Below, one piece after another: positions 39,414 to 46,724 of a stretch of DNA of 64,000 bases (position 1 is the stretch's first letter; each line of letters starts with the position of its first letter). The translations under genes and the position numbers were made by a program. Source of the DNA: Candidatus Midichloriaceae bacterium (GTDB taxonomy: Bacteria > Pseudomonadota > Alphaproteobacteria > Rickettsiales > Midichloriaceae); the NCBI GenBank assembly GCA_044229535.1, contig JBGASU010000001.1, positions 1,406,969 through 1,470,968 on the forward strand, given 5' to 3'. The notes below the pieces were generated by a model, which was given only the letters and a program-made list of their open reading frames with translations, was not told the origin of the DNA and ran no database searches.

Positions 39414-39592
39414 TGTTGGACATGTCTCAAGTAGTAATGGGATTTGAGACGCAAGAGGAGATGCTGAACAAGGTCAGTTTATCTTTAGTAAATTCTGAGC
39501 CACAAAATAATATAGAAAAAATAATATTTGAGTACGAGAAAATTCTCGAGATTTGGCAGGCAGAAGAGCTGGAGAAAAATAAGGTAAAATAA
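39413..39592 (+). CDS. 59-aa ORF homologous to the N-terminal extension of the 276-aa paralog (possible remnant; not in ORF track)
   Basis: TAATG overlap with the upstream stop. Hand translation: MLDMSQVVMGFETQEEMLNKVSLSLVNSEPQNNIEKIIFEYEKILEIWQAEELEKNKVK. Compare SPKNEIENIIESYETALEMQQESAKKSE in the 276-aa protein. Confidence 0.45.
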   Translation: MLDMSQVVMGFETQEEMLNKVSLSLVNSEPQNNIEKIIFEYEKILEIWQAEELEKNKVK

Positions 39593-39648
39593 TTTGGTTG
39601 TTTTATTTGCAGTATAAATTGTATCCTTTACTTGGTACAATTTAATAT

Positions 39649-40311
39649 ATGTCTATTATGCTTATAAAAATTAAAATTATAGCTGCATTATTGTTTTGCG
39701 TTATTCCAAGCATAGCTTTCGCTAATTTTCAAGATGAATTGGAAGCAGAGATAGCTTCAGATTCTGGTTTTGAAAATGTCGTGGTAAACTTCCATAATGG
39801 CAAAAGATTTAGTAAAGAAGAAGGAATAAGAATTGTAGATGTGCAGTATCAAAGGAATTCATTTATAGCTGATTGTGTGAGTGCTTTGGGTAAAAATATT
39901 TCTATATCTGGGAGCTTTGAAGAAGCTAAAGTTATCCCTAGCTTAAACAAAAATAAAAAAGTTGGAGAGCTTATAGAGGAATCGGACTTGGAACAGATTA
40001 AAGTTGGAATTTCAAAGTTAAGCAATAAAGCGATCACAAGCAAAGAGGAGTTGTTAGGGAAAGAAGCTAGGGTTAATCTATATATAAAAAAAACAATTTT
40101 TAAAAATGATATAAGATCTGAATCTGTAATTTCTAAAGGAGATTATGTGACTATATTATTTGCAAAAAATCATTTGAGTATAGAGAGCAAAGGTCAGGCT
40201 TTAGAATCAGGTGGACAAGATGAAGTTATAAGGGTAAAAAATTTAGATAGTAACAAAATACTGCAGGTTCGGATTGTAGATTCGCAAACTGTATTGTTAG
40301 GTAATTCATGA
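39649..40311 (+). CDS. flgA: Flagellar basal-body P-ring formation chaperone FlgA
   Basis: 220 aa. Signal peptide and C-terminal SAF-type region GDYVTILFAKNHLSIESKGQALESGGQDEVIRVKNLDSNKILQVRIVD. Confidence 0.8.
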   Translation: MSIMLIKIKIIAALLFCVIPSIAFANFQDELEAEIASDSGFENVVVNFHNGKRFSKEEGIRIVDVQYQRNSFIADCVSALGKNISISGSFEEAKVIPSLNKNKKVGELIEESDLEQIKVGISKLSNKAITSKEELLGKEARVNLYIKKTIFKNDIRSESVISKGDYVTILFAKNHLSIESKGQALESGGQDEVIRVKNLDSNKILQVRIVDSQTVLLGNS

Positions 40312-41051
40312 AACAAGTAGTTTTTATTCTAGTGCTTTTGTCGCTTACGTCTTGCAATGTCGCGGATAGATTATCTCGGATAGGTAAGGCTCCAGATTTA
40401 AATGAGGTAAATGAATACGGTAATGCACATAGTGGCACTTATCCTGAGGATGGTATGGCAAGCGGTGAGAAAGCTTCTAATATCAAAACGGCGAATTCTC
40501 TTTGGAGACAAGGTGCTAGGACGTTCTTTAGGGATCAAAGGGCAAGGTCTGTTGGTGATATATTGAAAGTAGTTGTGGTTATTCAAGATAGCGCAAAGCT
40601 TGATAATAAGACTGAAACAAAACGTAATGAATCTGGTTCTGCAGGTATTCCTGCTTTTGGTGGTTTTGAAAAGGAATTTGAGAGGAAGCTATTACCTGAA
40701 GGCGCAGACCCAAGCAAGCTTATTAGCGTTACTTCTAATGATACAAACAAGGGAGAGGGTAAAATTGACAGAAAAGAAACTATCAATACAACAATTGCAG
40801 CAACTGTTGTAAAGATATTGTCTAGTAATAATCTAGTAATTAAAGGGGTGCAGGAAGTTCGTGTTAATAACGAGCTTAGAGAAGTTACTGTGGAGGGGAT
40901 AGTGCGCCCAGAAGATATAAGTGCGCAAAATTCAGTTACTCTTGATCAAATTGCAGAGGCTAGAATTTCTTATGGCGGTAGAGGTAATGTGTCAGATTAC
41001 CAGCAGCCTAGGTATGGTAAGCAAGTATTGGATGCTATATCTCCATTTTAG
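40308..41051 (+). CDS. flgH: Flagellar L-ring lipoprotein FlgH
   Basis: 247 aa. Lipobox LSLTSC. SLWRQGARTFFRDQRARSVGDILKVVV and LVIKGVQEVRVNNELREVTVEGIVRPEDI are typical FlgH. Confidence 0.9.
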   Translation: MKQVVFILVLLSLTSCNVADRLSRIGKAPDLNEVNEYGNAHSGTYPEDGMASGEKASNIKTANSLWRQGARTFFRDQRARSVGDILKVVVVIQDSAKLDNKTETKRNESGSAGIPAFGGFEKEFERKLLPEGADPSKLISVTSNDTNKGEGKIDRKETINTTIAATVVKILSSNNLVIKGVQEVRVNNELREVTVEGIVRPEDISAQNSVTLDQIAEARISYGGRGNVSDYQQPRYGKQVLDAISPF

Positions 41052-41114
41052 AAAAATCTGTATTTTCAAAGTTAGGCGGGTTATTATGAATGAATACCTA
41101 ATTTATTTATTTAT

Positions 41115-42032
41115 ATGAGTCTTACTCCCGATCAGATTTTAGATAGAATTAAGCTTAAAAAACAGGTTATCAATTGGCGTTTGGTTGCGGTTATGTCAGT
41201 GGTAATGCTGTTTTTATCTTTATTTACGAGTGGAGATCAGAAATATGGAACTAAACCATCGGTTATTGAATCGGAATATATAGCTAGGGTACATATTGAT
41301 GGTATGATTTTTAATGACCAAGATCGTTTAGATATCATAAAAGATCTGGCAGAAGATAAGGCTATAAAGGCAGTTATAATACACGTGAATAGCCCAGGCG
41401 GAACAATGGTTGGCGGAGAAAGTTTGTATTATGCTATACGTAAGTTATCAGAGAAAAAGCCGACTGTTTCAGTAATGCATGATATGGCAACATCTGGAGG
41501 GTATATGGCAGCTATTGCTTCTGATAGGTTAATTGCTCGCCAAGGTACAGTAACAGGCTCTATTGGCGTCTTAATGAATACGTTTGAGTTTTCTGAATTG
41601 GGTGAGAAGTTTGGGGTTAAATTCCATAATTTTAAATCTTCGCCACTAAAAGGCGGCCCATTGCCAACTGAAAAATTGTCTCCTGAAATGAAGGCGCATA
41701 TGCAGGAAATAGTTGATGATATGTATGATGTGTTCATGACCCTTGTGTCCAAAAGACGCAATATTCCGAAAGAGCAGATAAAGATATTAGCTGATGGCAG
41801 GATATTTACTGGAAGAAAGGCTGTTCAGGTAGGGTTAATTGATGAAATTGGGGATGAAGAAACAGCCTTAAATTGGCTTGAAAATGTTAAGAAGATCAAT
41901 CCTAAGTTGAAGGTGCATACTATCTCCTTGGAGATGCAGAAAGATAAACTATCTATGTTTTTAGAATATAGTAATAATTTGGCATATATGGCTCAAAATA
42001 TCCTAAAAACAGGGCAATTGATATTTTTCTAG
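41115..42032 (+). CDS. sppA: Signal peptide peptidase SppA (36K type)
   Basis: 305 aa. HVNSPGGTMVGGE and ATSGGYMAA (catalytic Ser), plus DGRIFTGRKAVQVGLIDEIG. Confidence 0.9.
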   Translation: MSLTPDQILDRIKLKKQVINWRLVAVMSVVMLFLSLFTSGDQKYGTKPSVIESEYIARVHIDGMIFNDQDRLDIIKDLAEDKAIKAVIIHVNSPGGTMVGGESLYYAIRKLSEKKPTVSVMHDMATSGGYMAAIASDRLIARQGTVTGSIGVLMNTFEFSELGEKFGVKFHNFKSSPLKGGPLPTEKLSPEMKAHMQEIVDDMYDVFMTLVSKRRNIPKEQIKILADGRIFTGRKAVQVGLIDEIGDEETALNWLENVKKINPKLKVHTISLEMQKDKLSMFLEYSNNLAYMAQNILKTGQLIFF

Positions 42033-42090
42033 ACATGTGGCTGATTCTGTGTTATTATACACACTGGTTTTTTAAAAGGGGTGTATTAAT

Positions 42091-42399
42091 ATGTCATTAG
42101 AATCAGTTAATAAGCAGCAATTGGTTGAGAAGGTCTTAGAGGCCGATAAAAACTTATCTTTAGAAGTAGTTGAGAAAGCTTTAGATGTTGTTCTTGATGA
42201 AATAAGCACAGGTCTAATATGTGGTGATAGAGTTGAAATCAGAGGTTTTGGATCTCTTGTAGTTAGAAAAAGAGATGGTGGTACGGCGCGTAATCCAAAA
42301 AATGGTGAAAAGGTATCTGTTAAGGATCGCGGTTCATTATATTTCAGAGCTAGTAAAGATTTAATAAAAAATCTTAATGAAGAAGCTGCTAACCAATAA
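42091..42399 (+). CDS. ihfB: Integration host factor beta subunit (HU/IHF family)
   Basis: 102 aa. GDRVEIRGFGSLVVRKRDGGTARNPKNGEKVSV. The sppA-ihfB synteny is typical of alphaproteobacteria. Confidence 0.88.
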   Translation: MSLESVNKQQLVEKVLEADKNLSLEVVEKALDVVLDEISTGLICGDRVEIRGFGSLVVRKRDGGTARNPKNGEKVSVKDRGSLYFRASKDLIKNLNEEAANQ

Positions 42400-42422
42400 T
42401 ATTTATTAGAGTTTCCCTCCCC

Positions 42423-42455
42423 AAAAAAGAGCCCGCTATTAATGGGCTCTTTTTT
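42423..42455. terminator. Bidirectional rho-independent terminator between convergent genes
   Basis: AAAAAA-GAGCCC-gctattaat-GGGCTC-TTTTTT. The stem at 42428-42434/42444-42450 is flanked by an A run and a T run. Confidence 0.8.
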
Positions 42456-42483
42456 ACTAGGGGATATTTTTCTCTTCAATATT

Positions 42484-43134
42484 TTAATAATAAGGAGGAG
42501 GAGTGACAGTTGAGCCAAGTAGTGTCGCAAAATCATGTATGTTTGAACATTTCTCAAATAGCTCAAAATTATCAAGAGACCACGGATTCATAATGGTGGA
42601 CATAGGATTCATGGGGTCGAATGGTACATGACACATAGGATGATTATAAATCATTGATAAGTCACTAGCTAGCATTTGGAAATCTGTATTAGCGCAGTCT
42701 TTCATCAAGAAAGGAGATGCAAGGCTTTGTAAGCCAATTATATCTGGCATAGGGTTCCCAATCGGCATAGGATTTGGGTTGTTTGGATCTGGCATAGGAG
42801 GAACTGGATGGGCGATTTGCCAAATACCATCAAGGTGAGATTTTAGATCTTGCATTAAATCGCTGTTTACGCCACCTACAGACATAAGGTTCGCCGCATT
42901 TAGTGCCCCATTCACATGTTGTCCTAAGGATGTGGTTGCTAAATTAGCATCTCCCACCAGAACATTATTAAAATGTTCCAGTGGAAGTTTTATTCCATTG
43001 ATGAGCGATTGTGCAGTCATCATATGATTATGTTTGAAGTGATCTATATGTTGAGCTACCATTTTAGCGAATAAATTTACTTTGTTTTGATGATTTTTAA
43101 GGTCGAAAAAGTTGTCGCAGGTGAATTGTAACAT
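42484..43134 (-). CDS. Hypothetical Pro/Met/Asn-rich protein ending in a PPPY motif
   Basis: 216 aa with no signal peptide. PVPPMPDPNNPNPMPIGNPMPD tract. C-terminus ...TVTPPPYY. Confidence 0.55.
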   Translation of the reverse strand: MLQFTCDNFFDLKNHQNKVNLFAKMVAQHIDHFKHNHMMTAQSLINGIKLPLEHFNNVLVGDANLATTSLGQHVNGALNAANLMSVGGVNSDLMQDLKSHLDGIWQIAHPVPPMPDPNNPNPMPIGNPMPDIIGLQSLASPFLMKDCANTDFQMLASDLSMIYNHPMCHVPFDPMNPMSTIMNPWSLDNFELFEKCSNIHDFATLLGSTVTPPPYY

Positions 43135-43407
43135 GAGCCCTCCGTTAATATTTACTACAATGATTTTGAACTGAAGTTATATAAGCCGTGAGAGAATAAA
43201 ATAAAATCTCCCACCCCCCTTATACAATAATAAGGCTAGCACCTAATTTTTTTAAATTCAATAGCTTATCCATAATAATTTTATTAAGAATGTGTATTTT
43301 GTATTGCAATGTTGAAAAACCGCATAAAATCTTCAATTTGTGATGTTGAATAATTGAAGTATTGATTAATTTATGATATCCTCGCGAAAATTTTTTGATG
43401 GTTCCTT

Positions 43408-44442
43408 ATGGATTTTAAATGTTTATCTATGTTGGCAATTATTTGTGTGGCCGTTACAAATTGCTATGCTAATGAATGTTTAGAAAATAGATATGCATTT
43501 GATGTTGGGTCTGGGGCAATTAAAACGACTGCTAGTAAAGTTGATAAATGTAAAGGAGAAATAGTAGAAAAGATTGGTGAGCATAATGTTCACATTAAAT
43601 ATGAAACCTGTCTTGAAAGTAAGGGTGATAAAGTTGAAATTTCAGAAGCTTGTATCAAGCAAACTAAGCAAGTAATTCAAGATATAGAAAAAGCATATGA
43701 TATGGATTGTGCCACGTCTAGGTGTGCTGGTGTTGCAACTGCTTGGGCAAGAAAAGCTTCCAATACAGAAGAGTTATTGAAATTATTTAGAGCTGAAAAA
43801 ATAGATATTGAAGTCTTACCACAGAAAGAAGAGGGCAAATTAGGTTTCTATACAGCTAAAACTCATAATACTGCCAAGTATAAATTAAATGATAAAATGG
43901 TTGTTTGGGATCTTGGTGGTGGAAGCTTCCAGCTTAGTGCAGTAGGTGGTGATGGTGATATACATGTGTATAACGGTATGTTTGGCGTAGAAAGTTATGA
44001 TAAACTTATACGTAAAGCATTCATGAACGATGGAATGATTTATTTCAATAAAGAACGCTTAGATAGAGCAATTGATTTCACGGTAAAAAAAATAGGAAAC
44101 AAAGTTAGAAAAGATAAGGTTATTAGAAATAAAATTAAAGAAAATGATGTTGTGGTCTATGCGATAGGCAGACCAATGTATAGAGGGATAAAAGAAAACC
44201 TTAAGCTGAGTGATGTAGTTACTAAAGAGCAGCTTTATAATGCAGCGCTTACTTTTTCTGGTAAGACAGTAGAAGAAGCTAGAAAAGCATATCCGTTATT
44301 ACCAGATCATTATGTAATGCAAGCGCAACCAGCAATTATATTGATTTATAGTATTATGGAGAGTTTAGGAATTGATCAACTGCATATTTTAGAAGCTAAA
44401 GCGACAGACTATATTGCGATTGATGAAAAGTATTGGGATTAA
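43408..44442 (+). CDS. Ppx/GppA-family (ASKHA fold) phosphatase homolog with N-terminal signal peptide
   Basis: 344 aa. Signal peptide MDFKCLSMLAIICVAVTNCYA. Phosphate-1 FDVGSGAIK, GVATAWARKASN, PQKEEGKLGFYTA, phosphate-2 VVWDLGGGSFQLS. Confidence 0.7.
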   Translation: MDFKCLSMLAIICVAVTNCYANECLENRYAFDVGSGAIKTTASKVDKCKGEIVEKIGEHNVHIKYETCLESKGDKVEISEACIKQTKQVIQDIEKAYDMDCATSRCAGVATAWARKASNTEELLKLFRAEKIDIEVLPQKEEGKLGFYTAKTHNTAKYKLNDKMVVWDLGGGSFQLSAVGGDGDIHVYNGMFGVESYDKLIRKAFMNDGMIYFNKERLDRAIDFTVKKIGNKVRKDKVIRNKIKENDVVVYAIGRPMYRGIKENLKLSDVVTKEQLYNAALTFSGKTVEEARKAYPLLPDHYVMQAQPAIILIYSIMESLGIDQLHILEAKATDYIAIDEKYWD

Positions 44443-45203
44443 GGAAGCGCAATAGCTAATTTATTAGCTTTAATTAAACGACCTCTAGTTTTCCACTTTA
44501 CTATATCATCAAAGTAGGATGAGTTATTTGTGCCATAATATTCGGCATTCACAAAGATATTATCGTTGTTGCAATTTTCTGATTCTAGGGTGGTACCACA
44601 AGCTTTACCTTGAATACCATCTGCACTGTAGGCGCCATAACCTTTTTCACCATGGCTTATCAGTATATAACTAATGTCACTTGAAGAATTTATTTGATTC
44701 GCATTCTTATCTTTTAATGTAAATGGCCCTGTCCCGCTTGCGCTATATGATGAAAAGCTACTTGGTGTAGTGGCTAGGTTTTTAACAACTGCATATGTAT
44801 ATTTATTACCCCAACCATCAATCATATACAAAGGATTTATATTAAGAGCAGTTGTTGGAACTGCGCCAATTCTTAATGCAGGTGTTACTGCTGAAACATC
44901 GGTTGTTCCAGTCGCTGATGATAATGTACAATCAGTTGCTACTCCTAATGTCACGCTGTTTGATGAATCCAATCTACTTGCAGGGCAGGGTAATGTGCCA
45001 TTTAATATTAAATATTTGCCAATTGCTAATTCAATTTGGTTTATCCTTTCTTTAGTTAAATTTTCACTTTTAGTCTTGGTCAATTCAAAGAAGAAAGTTA
45101 AAAAACCTGTATAAATAATGCTGCTTATCAATAAAGTTATAGTTAGTTCTACTAAATTAAATCCAGATGTAGATGTACGAATAGGGCTCATCACAGTCCC
45201 CAT
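44439..45203 (-). CDS. Pilin-like protein with prepilin-type N-terminal cleavage/methylation signal
   Basis: Class III signal ...TSTSG|FNLVELTITLLISSII with Glu at +5. Four conserved Cys and the motifs NGTLPCPAS, ISHGEKGYGAY, ENCNNDN and DDIVKWKT are shared with ORF 45191..46675. Alternative start ATG 45191 (TGATG overlap). Confidence 0.8.
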   Translation of the reverse strand: MGTVMSPIRTSTSGFNLVELTITLLISSIIYTGFLTFFFELTKTKSENLTKERINQIELAIGKYLILNGTLPCPASRLDSSNSVTLGVATDCTLSSATGTTDVSAVTPALRIGAVPTTALNINPLYMIDGWGNKYTYAVVKNLATTPSSFSSYSASGTGPFTLKDKNANQINSSSDISYILISHGEKGYGAYSADGIQGKACGTTLESENCNNDNIFVNAEYYGTNNSSYFDDIVKWKTRGRLIKANKLAIALP

Positions 45204-46675
45204 TTTGATTTTAAATACGATTCAACAAGCTTTCTTTCATTATCATTTAATACTCTATTAAAGGCTATAATTTCAGAGATAGAGCCATAAAAATCAGTAG
45301 GACCACCAGTGGTGCAAGATTCGCCAATCTTAAAACACGCTGGCGCAGAAGATAAATTCACAAAAGAATTGTTACTAGTTATTAAATTCCCATTCACATA
45401 TAACGAAGCTTCTGGGCTAGCGCCATCAGAGAACATCCAAGTTGCATAGACATTACCATTATACGTTGTGCCAGAATATAGATTAGTACTTTGCATATAC
45501 CAAAAATTATTACCATTCATATTTAAATTTATAGCAAACCTATTAGTAGCAGTGTCTCTGTCTAGTAAATAATTAGCGTTTGTAATGCTGTTTTGCTGCC
45601 CTGCAAAGAATATCGTGATATTAGTGGCAGGCAGAGCATACTGGTAACTAGAGCTACTAAGAATAAAACCATTCTTGTTGTTAAAAGTCATTGCTGGCTT
45701 TCCATTAAATCCTGTCGCGGAATATACAGGGTGATTTGAGCCTGCTGGGGTGAAAACAAATATATATGGAGATTTGTCTGTCCACTGGCTGACATTGTTT
45801 GAACCATCTTTTGTTATTTTGCTAATATCATTCGCATCAAGCCATAAAACTAATCCATAGATATCAGTTGGTAAAAATGTTGAAGATGCTTGATCGCAGT
45901 TAGCAGGAGCACCACCAGATAAAGTAATTACGTTTTTTATTGTGCGCCAGCGCAATATATCATCATTGTAAGTTGATATGTTTATACTATGAGGTGCGTC
46001 AAATAGCATATTATCATCGTCGCAATTTTCATCTTCTGAACTGACAAGTCCTATGTGAGATAAATTACAAGAAACAGGGACAACTCCTAAATCGTTATAT
46101 GCTCCTTTTCTGTTTTTTCCATGGCTTATTAAGGCATAAGCCTCGCCAATGTCTGTGCCTGTATTTATAGAGTATTGAGCTGGATTATTGTCGATTATAA
46201 CGAAGTCATTGTCTAAAAAGTTTGTATTGCTATCAAAAAGTTGTTTATTGATGCTATTTTCTTTTATGGCGTGATATGTAAATCTCATATCCCAAGCGTC
46301 AAACATAAAATCATCTGGCAAATTTAAAGTTCTAACGGGTACTGAGCCTATTCTTATATTCTTGCTGGCTCCAACAACATCTACAACCCCACTAGCGCTC
46401 CCAGCGCAGTCGGTAGAAACACCGAAATTTGCAGAGTTTTTTAGTTCTGTTCTGCTTGCAGGACAGGGTAGATAACCATTTTTATTATAAAAACTATAAA
46501 TTGCGCTTTCTATTTTATCTAGTTTGCGTTGAGTTTCGCTTATATCATCTCGTAGTTTTGTAGTTGGTAAGATGGATACTACGCTTCCAAAAGCTGCAGC
46601 AATTATGAGCATTGCAATTGCAACTTCTGCCAAAGACATGCCAGAGATGTTAGTTCTTTTTATCATAACAATCAA
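45191..46675 (-). CDS. Pilin-like protein (prepilin signal) fused to a C-terminal LamG/concanavalin-like domain
   Basis: 494 aa. Signal ...RTNISG|MSLAEVAIAMLIIAA with Glu at +5. The N-terminal half is paralogous to the 254-aa protein (NGYLPCPAS, ISHGKNRKGAY, ENCDDDN, DDILRWRT). The C-terminal ~230 aa is beta-rich and ends GSISEIIAFNRVLNDNERKLVESYLKSKWGL, typical of Laminin_G_3-type domains. Confidence 0.75.
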   Translation of the reverse strand: MIVMIKRTNISGMSLAEVAIAMLIIAAAFGSVVSILPTTKLRDDISETQRKLDKIESAIYSFYNKNGYLPCPASRTELKNSANFGVSTDCAGSASGVVDVVGASKNIRIGSVPVRTLNLPDDFMFDAWDMRFTYHAIKENSINKQLFDSNTNFLDNDFVIIDNNPAQYSINTGTDIGEAYALISHGKNRKGAYNDLGVVPVSCNLSHIGLVSSEDENCDDDNMLFDAPHSINISTYNDDILRWRTIKNVITLSGGAPANCDQASSTFLPTDIYGLVLWLDANDISKITKDGSNNVSQWTDKSPYIFVFTPAGSNHPVYSATGFNGKPAMTFNNKNGFILSSSSYQYALPATNITIFFAGQQNSITNANYLLDRDTATNRFAINLNMNGNNFWYMQSTNLYSGTTYNGNVYATWMFSDGASPEASLYVNGNLITSNNSFVNLSSAPACFKIGESCTTGGPTDFYGSISEIIAFNRVLNDNERKLVESYLKSKWGL

Positions 46676-46724
46676 AGCTTATCACCTGATTGAGATTTGT
46701 AAAATAGTTTTAAGATCCAGAAGA

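Noticed and set aside
42072-42575. 167-aa minus-strand ORF covering ihfB
   Set aside because: It is antisense to a well-supported ihfB gene and runs through the bidirectional terminator, so it is a shadow ORF. The same reasoning applies to the other internal or antisense ORFs in the track, for example 1795..2064, 8592..8798, 13969..14274, 18590..19036, 19145..19537, 25381..25761, 32228..32557, 34020..34337, 40573..40812, 48579..48770, 52865..53257 and 61044..61403.
43408-44442. Eukaryotic-type GDA1/CD39 ecto-NTPDase
   Set aside because: The motifs superficially fit apyrase conserved regions. However, the ATAWARKASN and EEGKLGFY segments and the overall length match Ppx/GppA better. I kept it as a Ppx/GppA-family protein with a note to discriminate by HMM.
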